Of a DNA stretch of 64,000 nt, positions 34,708 to 47,500 are shown in pieces. The first letter of the stretch is position 1; each line of letters begins with the position of its first letter. This stretch comes from Euprymna scolopes. Lineage: Eukaryota. The stretch lies in assembly GCA_053919585.1 (NCBI GenBank), contig CM132788.1; one strand, given 5' to 3'. The position numbers and the translations under genes are program-made. The notes under the pieces are model-generated. The model did no database searches. It saw only the letters and a program-made list of their open reading frames with translations, and was not told the DNA's origin.

Positions 34708-35544
34708 TGTAACACCAAAGAGGGGCCACATCAGATCAGTAGGGTCGATGTGACGTTTTTGTTAAAGGTGATAATCAATCCCAGGCGAACAATTTTTTTT
34801 GTTAATATTTTTATGTATCAAAATCTTGTTGTTGAAATACCATACGGTCGGGGGATAGAAGTGGAGGTCGCCTGCGAAAGATCACTTAAAACAATAATAA
34901 ATGCTTTAGCCAAAATTGATAGAATGATAACTTCAAAAAAACATGCGTTTTGTTTCAAGTTGAGCGACGGTGACAAATTCCGAATTAGAGCTTTGAAATG
35001 TCGGTCGACTTGGTTGACAAGTGAAATGTCGGATCGTTTTTGATCTGAGAAACACACACACGTAATTGTTGGCCTCACAAAATATATTTGTGACAAGATA
35101 AATAAATTCTTTGGATTTAACACACGCATTTGTCGGCTTCAAAGAATGTTTTTTTTCGAATCAAATTCAAACTGATTCGGGTGACTATGATAAAGCCATT
35201 TGAAATTTAGATCAAGAGATTTTTCGGTTTCCCATAACATATTTTGTCGGGATGTTGACAGAACAAATAAATTCAAAGGGGAAAGAATATCAAACGGATA
35301 TTTTTAAATAGATGAAAGCTAAACAATAATATTTCCTCTGATTATCAGTTGATAATACGAAAAAAAACCATTATAAAGAAGGCGGGGTCAGACAAGTTGG
35401 GGAGGAGTCAATTTGATTTTGGAAATTGGGGGCGGAAAAATAATACCTGCCACAGGCCAAATTGACCAATGATTGTTATCCATCAATTTGATTGGTCGAA
35501 GACGAATGTAGGCGTCGTCATTATTCAAGGGTTTTACTATATAA
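34708..35544 (+). repeat. 3' LTR of element B, truncated just after the TATA motif
   Basis: Follows GGGGGGCGAT (PPT-like); matches 24455-25392 with indels. Confidence 0.9.
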
Positions 35545-38500
35545 CTTACTTATGACTTAAAATGCGTCTTGCTGTTACGATTTGAATATTATCATGTGTC
35601 GAGCAATAAATTGGCAAAATAAGCAAGAATCCACGGCTGTTCCATTCTACTTTCCCATTGTGGCAATTGCATTGCAACGTTGCAAAAGTGTTTCTCTGTT
35701 CAATTAAGGCGCAAGAGTTTTGGGGAATTCTTTGCATCAAATGAATAAATTGTGACCCCTTTTTTGAGAAGTATGCGGCTTTATTTTTTTTAATTCATTG
35801 ATTTGGTCGTTTAGAAAACTTAACAAAACTAAACAGGTGTTTTTCTTGCAAGCGAGCAATTGAAAAAATGAAAATATTCGGTTGTAGCTGCTTGGAAATT
35901 AGGCCTTTGGCGGGGGGGCACTTTATTCGTCACGAGCCAACCAGGTGTATTATTCACGGATTTCTGTGTGTGAATTCACGGATTTCTGCTAACACTCGAT
36001 TGGATTGTGTAGCCACAATGCTTGATTGACAAGTCCCTTTACGACATTCGGTTTTGATGGTCAAAGGTAGCGGTGAAATAGGTGTGAATTAAGTATTCTT
36101 TCTGCCGCCAGGACACACTGATCCTGTAGGCTCAACAACGACAACGACACTGCAGCGCACATGGGATATTCCACCAATCGTTTGGCCATTCATGTTCGTT
36201 TTTCTCCAAGATCGGTGCCGTCCTAGAACGTCCCCGTCAAACATGGAGCATTGAGTTTGCATCTTGGTGGGGAAGGGGAAGACGCCTTGTGCGTTTCCGG
36301 AGATGTTCCGAGCGAGAGTGTACCAATGTGTGTTCCGCGTTTTCGACAGTCCTTCACTTTCTCATTATCACACACACAGCAAGCTTACAATCAGCTTACA
36401 TACACCGTAGATTTTATGAAACAGTTGTGCGTACAATTTTAAAGCAGGTACAACCGAATACTTTCATTTTGTCAATTTCTCGCTTGCAAGAAAAACACCT
36501 ATTTAGTTTTGTCAAGTTTTCTAAACGACCAAATCAATGAACTAAATATACAAAAATATACAAAAAGGGGTCACAATTTATTCATTTGATGCAAAGAATT
36601 CCCAAAAACTCTTGCGCCTTAATTTACAACCGCATTTTATTCACTGGAATGAATGCAATACAGGACGGCCGAAACTGAATATTCCTCTATTACAGGGCGA
36701 AACTAAATATTTCCTATCTTTGTTCCTGAGAAACTACATTTTTCTACATAAAACATGCTTTGTCAACTACATTCTATTATTTCACCGCCACCTTTGACCA
36801 AAACCGAACGTCGACCGCATACTGGCTACACAATCCAATCGAGTGTTAGCAGAAATCCGTGAAGAATACATGCAGAAAATAAAGAATACACCTGGATAGA
36901 TAATGGTTGGCTCGTGACGTACCCAGAGAATAAATTGGGCCGCCCCCAAGGCACAATTTCCCTGATCGCTGTGAACAAAGCCAAAGTGCGCTTGGTGATG
37001 GACAAAAAGGTCTACTGGACACCACAACTCACTGTGGAAATCGACAGTGAAAAATATTCTGGGTTTGAATGTGGCTCCCCTGATAATGATCTTTATGTGT
37101 AGCACACTTATTGTATCACTTTGCTGAATGTATGGGTTAATGCTAGCTCCTTTGCTGCAAAGATTCTAAGGATGCAGTACGGTGTCCCTCGCTTCCCAAG
37201 CAACACGAAACCAACTGCACACCGGAAAGTGCCCGACAAGTCGACAACACATTGTTCATCATCTTGGTGATGAGCCTCTGGAATTGAATTTCCTCGCTTC
37301 CACAGCAGTTCACTGCACCTATACACCGTCCTTCAATCCCACCTGCGCCCTTCAATCCCACCTGCGCTGTTACAAAAATGTCATCTGCGCGGCTTACAAC
37401 TTCTTCCTGGGATAATACTACGCTGACAATTGCTCTCATTATCAGGGGAGCCACATTTAAACCGTACCCCATATTTTTCACTGTCGATTTCTACAGTCTG
37501 GTATGGCCACAGTATCTCATGTCTCATGTCATGTCCAGTAGACCTTTTTGTCCCCATTTGCCGCAGCTTAGCTGCACAAACAATTTGGCTCCTAGTAATT
37601 CAGCACTTTGGCTTTGTTAACAGCGATCAGGGAAATTAGGCCTTTGGAAATTTATTAATGAGCCAGGTGCAGAGCTCCTACATGTATTCTTCACGGATTC
37701 TTCACTCGATTGGATTGCGTAGCCACGATGCGGTCGATGGGATTGTGTAGCCACGATGCGGTCAACGTTCGGTCAAAGGTGGTGGTGAAATGGGTGTGAA
37801 TTTAATATTCTTTCTGCCGCCAGGCTACACTGATCCTGTAGGCTCGAGACAACGACACTGCAGCGCACATGGGATATTCTACCAATCGTTTGGGCATTCA
37901 TGTTCGTTTTTCTCCAAGATCGGCGCTGTAACACCAAAGAGAGGCAGCGTCAGACCATAACGTTAGTATTTTATCCCGGGCAATATCGGTTAAAGTTGGA
38001 TAGATGTTAAGATTTAAAGGTTAAAGTTAGATAGATGTTAAAGATAGATGTTAAGATTTTATTCCGGGCAACACCGGTTAACTAAAAGATAAATGTTAAT
38101 ATCTTGTGCCGGGCACTACCAGAGAACCTTGCTGGCTTCAATTCTGCCAAATATTTTTTTTTTCTTTCTTTAATGATAACTTCAAAATAACATACGTTTT
38201 GTTTTCAAGTCGAGCGATGGTGACAATACAGTCATATCCAGTGCAAAAAAGGGAAACATTTTTTTCCTCTGATTGCTTTGAACTAAAAACCACACACACA
38301 CACACACGTTGGCGTCACAAAATATATTTGTGACAAGATAAATAATTTCTTTGGAGTTAAAATTTCACACACGCATTTGTCGGCTTAAAAGAATGTTTTT
38401 TCGAATCAAATATTAAATGATTTGGTGTGAAACCATTTGAACCCAAACAGTAATGGTCCTTTGATAATGACAAGTGTCACATTTAGATGTGCAGAATTAC

Positions 38501-41500
38501 TTACGCGGTTATCGCGTATTACGCAGGTTCTAAATGGAAAATAATCAGTTTTCTCTCATTGGAGTTAGAATTATTCTTGGAGGTGGCCAATTTTTTGTCA
38601 TCAGTCAAATTATCCAATGAGAGAGAATCAGACGATTTGGTTAGCATTGGTCGGGAAGGAATTGGTCCGGAAGAAAGTCAGAATTAAAAACAGAGTGAGA
38701 TTCAGATTTAGAAGCAGAAGTTAAATTAATAGACTTGCAAATTCCAGATTGAGAACAGAAGTCGGAGCAAAACAGAGCCAGTCCGAGAGTCAAGCCACCT
38801 CACCTCTTCTCTCTCTCTCCCCCCTCGCCTATTGCCCGAAAAAAAGGGTGGAAGCCCCACTTTAGCAAGTTTAAATGCTTGCTTACAAACTCATACTTCA
38901 AACTGTATATATATTTGTATATATTTTCTTTTTTTATGGTTATGGTTAAATCTATATAACCCAATCTTCGGAGTCTTTGTTATTCACAATTCTTTGATGT
39001 GCTGATGTTTCATTATTATTTATTTCGGTAGACGAAATCTCTAGACGTCACAGAAGACGATTCCACCAGCGCCGTCCCATCAAACATGGATTCCTGTCGC
39101 TAGGAGCGTTGAGTTCGCATCTTGGTGTGTTTCCAGAGACCTTCCAAGCGAGCGTGTACACACTCACTGCACCAGTAACACTGTGTTCCGCGTTTTCGAC
39201 AGTCCTTCCTCATCGTCACACACACAGCAAGCTTACATACACCGTAGATTTAATGAAACAGTTGTGTGTACAATTTTCATGCAGGTACAACCGAATATTT
39301 TCCTTTTGTCAATTGCTCGCTTGCAACCGCAATACTTCAATTATGATTTTCGTACATTTAGTTCATAATTTAGAAAACTTAACAAAACTTTGTTAAGTTT
39401 TCTAAATCATGAACTAAATGTACGAAAATCATAATTGAAGTATTGCGGCTGTATTTTTTGTAAAACAGCCGCAATACTTCTTTTGTAAAACAGCCGCAAT
39501 ACTTCTCAAAAAAAGAGATCACAATTTATTTATTTATTCATTTGATTCTCTTGCGCATTTTGTGCAGAGAAACACTTTTGGAACGTTGCAATGCAATTGC
39601 CACAATTGGAAAGTAGAGAAACTCTTTAAAACAGCAATCATACTTCATACTGATTGCTCTAATGTGCTGTCTAAGAGTTTCTCTAATGTGTTGTCACCAC
39701 TTGAATGCAAGCAAAGCAAGACGAATATCTTTCTTGTTTCGATTATTAAATGTGTTAATAATTGTAATAAATGTGATTATTAATGTGTTAATAAATTTTG
39801 AGACTTCGTTTTTGGGAAGTTTCTAAGGAAGATTTGAAGGAATCGAAACAATTTAGAAATTATTGCATCTGGGCCGAAATGAACATAAAATCATTTATTG
39901 CCGATGGTGGCTATTCAATTTGTAAGCCGATCTCTTTTTTTTTTAATTAAATCATTCGTTGAAAAAAAGCAAAGAACACAATTTGTTAATTGGAAGATAT
40001 TTTTTCCATTTTCCGAAAAAAAGAGAAAAAATATAAATATCAAGTCGACGATTGATCTCAAAATTGTTTTTTGTAAAAAATAGTTTTTGTAAAAAATTGT
40101 TTTTTGTAAAACAATTTTTTACATTTTTTTTTTTTTTTTGTAAAAAATTTTTCATAATAAAATATTTTAACATATTTTGAATTGATTGTAAAAACGCCTT
40201 GGCATTTTATTTATTGGCAATTCTTGTTACTCTTGCTTCCTCTTGGCATTTCTTGTTACTCTTGCTTCCTCGTGAAGAAAAAGCTGCTCTCGAGGTGTCG
40301 AAAATTTTCTGTTCCTGTGTAAGGGCTGACTAATTTTAAGTTTAAGGCATCGTTCCCGCCTCTTGGTTACCGAATCGGTGGGTCTTGGTTGAGCTCTAGA
40401 CCACCTTAGAGTTAAACTTACCTAATGTAACATGGCTTCTAATGTAACATAACTTTTTAAAGGTAAACTGCAACTAAAATGGCTGTGCAAAAATGTGTCG
40501 AGCAAAAAATTGACAAAATAAGCAATAAAATAAGAATCCACGGCTGTTCCATTGTACTTTCCCAACGATTGAGTTGCAACGAGTGGCAACGTTGCAAAAA
40601 TGCGTTTGTAAATTAAGGCGCAAGAGTTTTTGGAAATTCTTTGCATCAAATGAAATTGAAAACCCTTTTTTTGAGAAGTATGCGGCTGTATTTTTTTAAG
40701 TTCATTGATTTGGTCGTTTAATAAAACTAAAACAAGCGATAAAAACAATTGATAAAATGAAAATATTCGGCTGTACCTTCATAAAATCCACGGTGTATGT
40801 AAGCTGATTGTAAGTGTGTGAAAGTGAAGGACTGTCGAAAACGCGGAACACTGGTGTGCGCTCGGAACAAAGTGAACTCAACGTTCAACAGGAATCCATG
40901 TTTGACGCGGACGCTTGGAGAAAAACGAACATAAATGGCCAAACGATTGGTGGAATATCCCATGTGCGCTGCAGTGTCGGTGTGGAGTCTACAAGATCAG
41001 TAAGTCCTGGCAGAAAGAATATTAAATTCAAACTAATACGATTGACAAAATAAGCAAGAATCCACGGCTGTTCTATTGTACTTTCCAATAGTAGCAATTG
41101 CATGGAACCCTCCCCCCCCGCTTCAAACACACCTGTCCCTCTCCCCCCTTTTTCTCCTCCTCCTCTCAACAAAGTTCGCATGGAGAAACTTCTCTTCCTT
41201 CCTGGAGGAAGGATATGTGAAACGAGTCTTATGTTGAAGGGCAAGCAGAAGACTCAGAGACGTGACTGCCCCCGCCAAATTTCCAGACGCTCCAATGTTG
41301 ACCACCTTCGTAAGGAACAGAAGCCCTGTTGATTGGTTTGGAAAAACTAAACTATATTATAAAGATAAAAAACATCTATAAAGATGTTTTTTATCTTTTA
41401 GATGTTTATAATTGACAAAATGAAAAATCTCCAGTTGAAAATTGTACTCTTTAGTTTAGTTTAGTTTAGTTCAATCAAATCACTGAAATCCGAAAAACAC

Positions 41501-44500
41501 AGCAATTAAAACATAATTTCATAAAAACTACGATTATTTCGATTCCCATTTCTAATTCGAAATTTAAGATATTTTCGAATCAACCAGAAATGGACCTATG
41601 AATTCTCCAGAGCATTTTAAAGGGACTTTTACAACTAATCAACCAGGGCATTTTACAACTAATTAACTCTAATGGACTATTTTAGTGAGGCCTCTTGATG
41701 CCAAATGGTCACGAAAAAAAAAATGATACGTTATCTCCCTCGTGTCCAACAAGTGTCCTGCGACTGTCTACCTGTTCCTCAAATCCTCAACATGGAGGTA
41801 TCCAGAAAAATAACAACGTACCATTTGGCGTTGACGCAATGAAATTCTTACAGAATCATGTCTGCTCGGTGTCGAGCAAAAAATTGACAAGCAAGAATCT
41901 ATTGTACTTTCCAATTGCAACGTTGCAAAAATGCGGTTGTAAATTAAGGCGCAAGAGTGTTTGGGAATCAAATGTGACGTATGCGGCTGTATTTCGTATA
42001 TTTAATTCGTGGTCTACGCTTAACGTATGCGGCTGTATTTCGTATATTTAGTTCGTGGCTACAGCTTAACAAAACTAAATAGGTGTTTTTCTTGCGAGCG
42101 GGCAATTGACAAAATGTAAATATTCTTGTACACAACTACGGTGTAAGCTGAGTGTAAGCTTGCTGTGCGTGTGTGAGAAAGTGAAGGACTGAAAACGGTG
42201 TTACTTGTCTCAGGAAACGCACAAGAACGGAGTGACAGGAATTCATGTTTGACGGCGCCGAGCTTGAAGAAAATCGAACATGAATGCCCAAACGATTGGT
42301 GGAATATGCGCGCTGCAGTGTCGTTGTCGTTGTCGATCAGTGTGGCAGAAAGTATATTAAATTCACACCCATTTCTATTACGTAAAAGGAACCGCGACCA
42401 AACGTTGACCGTATCGTGGTTCCAATCGAGTAAAGAATCCGCAGTTGGCTCAATCAGAGAAAACATTCCCAACGGCCTCCAAAGTGCGCTTAGTGCTAAA
42501 ATTGTTCTGTGATTACTAGGAGCTAAATTGTTTGTGCAGCTAAGCCTCCACAACCATGAGATACTGTGGAAATCGACAGTGAAAAATATTCTGGGGTTCG
42601 GTTTAAATGTGGCTCCCCTGATAATGAGAGCGAAGTATTATCCCAGGAAGGACTTGCCGCGCAGATGACATTTTTGCACTGCACCCATTCTTGCACGAAT
42701 GAGTGCAGTGAACTACGTGGAAGCGAGGAAATGCAATTACAGTGGACTTGTCGACTTGTCGGGTTTCGTGTTTCTGTGCTACACATAAATGTCATTCAAA
42801 CCGAACCATAGTTTCACTGGCGATTTCCCCAGTCTCGTTTTTGTCCCTATTTGCACAAAAAAAAAACAGCTATGGCTTTGTTTACAGCGATCAGGGTGGG
42901 CACACTCACGGTGTATTATTCACGGATTTCTGCGTGTATTCTTCACGGATTTCTGCTCGAGCAAAAAATTGACACAATAAGCTGGAGATTTGAGGAACAG
43001 GTCGACAGACTTGCAGGACACAGAGAGGGAGATAACGTATCACCTGAATTTTTTAATTTTTCTGATTCTTCACTCGATTAATCTAATCCACGAATAAATT
43101 TCCAACTCGTGACGTACCCAGAGAATAAATTTCCAACGGCCTAATTTCCCTGATCGCTGTTAACAAAGCCAAAGTGGTAGCTAAGCTGCGGCAAATGGGG
43201 AGAAAAAGGTCGACTGGATACTGTCGCCATACCAGACTGTGGAAATCGACAGTGAAAAATATTCTGGGGTTCGGTTTAAATGTGGCTCACCTCATTAAGA
43301 GCGAAGTTGTAAGCCGCGCTTGCAAGCGATTGCAAGCGATTGGAGTGCAAGAACTTCGGAGGAGGCGAGGAAATGCAATTCCAGATGATTAACAATGTTG
43401 TTTTTTGAAGAAAATATCTTTCAACATTCATTCTGTTTTTTCCGACATATTCTGAAAAGAAATTGATATTGCTTCAGACGTGTTAATAAATTTTGGAACT
43501 TCGTTTTTGGAAAGTTTCGGCCCAGATTAAATTGCAAAATTCCTTCCTTGCTATTTTCTTATTGTAAAGATGATGAACAAAAACCCAGTAGAAGGTACGT
43601 CTACATTGGTTTTTTTCTTGAGGTATTTCATATTTGATTTGAGGAACATGCACCTGAATTTTTAACGTATCACCTGAATTTTTTAATTTTTCTGATGAGG
43701 TTTTCCAGCAGGGAAAAAGAGAGGATTTATTTTCATTTTTTGTGCACACAGTGGGTAATTATGGCATAATGGCTATTAATTTGTGCCCACAGTGGGTAAT
43801 TATGGCATTAATGTCTATTATGTCTATTCACTGAAGGCATTTTGCACCAGGACGGCCAAAACTGAATATTACAGGGCGAAACTGAATATATATCGCTTTG
43901 TTCCTGAGACACTACATTTTTCTACATAAAACATGCTTGGCCAACTATATTTTTTTCTGAAATTTTTTTTTGAAAATTTACTCCCAACTTGCTGATTGCT
44001 GTTTAAAGTTTCTCTAAGAGAGATGAAACAAGAAAGATATTCGTCATTCGTTAGAGAAGTTGTCACAACTTAAAATCTAAAGCAAGACGAATATCTTTCT
44101 TGTTTCATTCTGTTCTTGAACATTCATTCTGTTTTTGAACAGAAGTTACCTTTCCGACATATCTGATATTCTGAAAAGAAATTGATATTGCTTCAGACGT
44201 ATTAAGGTGTTAATTAATTTTTTGAACTTCGTTTTTGAGAAGTTTCTAGTGTGATTTCGGCCCAGATGAAATTGCATTTCACGTCGCGTCACCCTTTGGA
44301 ATCGTCTTTGCTTCAAAGTCCACACGGCAGGATCTCCTCTGATCGTCTAGAGATTTCCTCTTTGGGTGCCCGTTGACGGAAGTAGTTTCACAAGTAAAAA
44401 AAAAAAAATAATAATAATGAAAACAGCACATCAGCAAATCAAAGAATTTTGAATAAACAAAGACTCCGGAGATTCGGTTGTATGAAAACAATAAAAGAAA

Positions 44501-47500
44501 TATATAGAGCTTTAATAAAAATAATAAAAGAAATATATACATCTTTAAACTTCTAAGTGTCCTTGCTGGACATCACAGGTCTATTAATTTAGTTAGTTAT
44601 CGGGCGATAGGCGAGGGTTATCGAATCGAATTTGGACAACCTGGAGTTAAACTTTCTAATGTAACATGACTTCTAAACTGCAACTAAAAGGCTTAAATGC
44701 TTTTAAATGCTTTAAATGGCATTTTAGGTTTGCAACGTTGCAATGCAATTGCCACAATATGAAAGGACAATGGAACAGCTTATTTTGTCAATTTTTTGCT
44801 CGACACATTAACATTGCAATCGCAATTAGCATAAATCCCGGAAAAATACACGCAGAAATCTGGATTGATAATGATTGGCTCGTGACGATTAAAGTGTGCC
44901 TAATTTCCCTCATCGCTGTAAACAAAGCTAAAGTGCGCTTGGTGATGGATTAGCTACATATAGGGACAAAAACGAGACAATGCGGCCATACCAGACTGTG
45001 GAAATCGTCGGTTTGAATGATATTTATTTTGCTCTTGTCTTTATTGTATGACTTAGATGAATGCTGCAAAGATTCTGAGGATGTCTCTCGCTGTTACTCC
45101 ACAAGCCACACCAAACCCGACAAGTCCCGACAAGTCGACAAGACATTGTTCATCATCATCACCGACAAGCATTTCCTCGCTTCCACTGCATCCATTCTTG
45201 CACTCCAATCCCACCTGCGCTCTTACAAAAATGTGATTCTGAAAAGGTGTTAATAAATTTTGGGAAGTTTCTAGTGGGATTTTATTTCGGACCAGATGGA
45301 ATTGCAATACATCTACTTCTAGATGGTTTCGATTCATTGCTATTCATTGTAATGGTAATATAAAATATATAATAAACATGAAAACCCGCCGGTACGTTCA
45401 GTGCGTTGGTGGAATCGTCTTCGATGCAAGGCGGTGATCGTCTAGAGATTTCATCTTCGGAGATACCGGGTGCCCGCTGACGGAAGCAGTTTCACAAGTA
45501 AAAAAAAAAATAATGAAAACATGAGCAAATCGAAGACTCCGGAGAAATATATGTACAGTTTGGAGTATAATAATAACATAATAACAATGTAAAAAAAATG
45601 ACAAAATAAGCACGGCTGTTTCCTATTGTGGAAATTTCTCTGTTCGGTTGTAATTTGAGCTGCAAAAGTTTTTGGGAATAAAATGAATAAATTGTGAATT
45701 GCGGCTGTATGCTACTTATGATTTTCGTATATTTAGTTCATCGATTTGGTCGTGTAGAAAACTTAACAAAACTTGCTGGCGAGCATTTGAAAAAACTGTT
45801 TCATAAAATCTACGGTGTAAGCTTGCTGTGTGTGTGAGTGTCGAAAACTGGTGCCTGTCTCGAAAAACGCTCAAGGCGCATAAGCCAACGCTCCTAGTGA
45901 CAGGAATCCATGTTTGACGCCGATCTTGGAGAAAAACGAACATGAATTGGTGGAATATCCCATGCGCGTTGCACGAGCCGACAGAAAGAATTTTAATTCA
46001 CACCGCATCGTGGCTACATATCGACCGCATTGTGGCTACAAAATCCAATCTAGTGAAGAATACACGTAGGAGTTCCGCACCTGGAACCATATGGTTGGCT
46101 CGAATAAATTTCAAACGACCTAATTTCTCTGATCGATTGTTCTGTGGAGTTAAATTGTTTGTTCGGCAAATATGGGCAAAAAGGTCTACTGGATAACTCC
46201 ATAAGTGGCCATACCAGACAGTGAAAAATATTCTGGGATTCGATTTAATGAGAGCGAAGAAGCAGATGACATTTTTGTAAAAGCGCAGGTGGGATTGGAG
46301 TGCAAGAATGGGTGCAGTTGAACTACGGTGGAAGCAAGGAAATGCAATTCCAGATGATGAACAATGTCTTGTCGCCTTGGGCGAAATGATGAATAATTTC
46401 TCGTCCGGACTTGTCGGGTTTCGTTTGGCTTGTGGAGTAGCAAAGGATGATGAATCCTTGCCATACAAAGGGTTGGGATGATGAATCTTTGCAAGTAAGG
46501 TGCTACACAATCGAACCGAACCATAGAGTAGTTTTCACTTGCGATTTCCAGTCTGGTATGTCTACAGTAACCCATCACCAAGCGCACTTTGGCTTTGTTT
46601 ACAGCGATCAGAAAAATTTGGCGGGGGTGGGCCCACTTTAGTCGTCACGAGCCAACCATTGTATTCTTTACGGATTTCTGCGTGTATTCTTCACTGATTT
46701 TTGCTTTTGATTGTCTTCCACGATGCGGTCGACGTTCGGTTTGGAAGGTGGCGGTAAAATCATAGGAAATATGAAGTGAATTTAATATTCTTTCTCACTG
46801 ACAATGTTCCTTTTTAAAAATACACTGCAACTAAAATGGCAAATATTGGTGGAATATACAATGTGCACTGCAGCGCTCATGGGATATTCCACCAATCGTT
46901 TGACCATTTATGTTCGTTTTTCTCCAAGATCGGCACCGTCCTACAGCGTCCCCGTCAAAAATGGATTCCTGTCACTATTGAGTGCGCCTCTGGGTGGGAA
47001 GGGTGCCTTTGTGCGTTTCCCGAGACGTGCACCAGTTACACCGTTTTCGACAGTCCTTCATCAAAAGCTAAAGTGCGATTACTAGGAGTTTTTTTTTGTT
47101 TGTGCAGCTAAGCTTACAATGGATTTGTGCAGCTAAGCTTACAATGGATTTAGAAACAGTTGAAAATTCAGGCAGGTACAACCGAATATTTTCATTTTGT
47201 CAATTGCTCGCTTGCAATTTACACCTAAACTAAATAGTTTTTTTGTTTTGTAAAACACCTAAACTGAATAGTTGTGAAACAACCAAATGAAGTAAAAATA
47301 CAGCCGCATAAAAAAAGGGGTCAATTTATTTATTTAATTACCAAAAACTCTTGCGCTTTGTACAACGTTGCATACAACAGAATAACACTTTTTTGCAACT
47401 AGGGCAATAGGACAGTACAATTGGAACAGCCGTGGATTCTTGCTTATTTTGTCAATTTTTTTGCTCAGCACATGTTCAAATCGTCCAGCCATGTTAATAA

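Larger units (their letters stand above)
24455..35544 (+). mobile_element. Ty3/Gypsy LTR retroelement B with env-like ORF; decayed, 3' LTR truncated
   Basis: LTR pair, PBS, gag, pol with high protein similarity to element A, env. Confidence 0.94.

Noticed and set aside
34492-35043. 183-aa ORF spanning the 3' UTR and LTR (nef/sag-like position)
   Set aside because: Non-ATG start, no motifs, and the 5' LTR copy has indels and a stop in this frame.
43692-43725. CTGATGAG...GAAA as a hammerhead ribozyme core (recurs in the array)
   Set aside because: I could not build stem II closure and stems I/III with a cleavage triplet.
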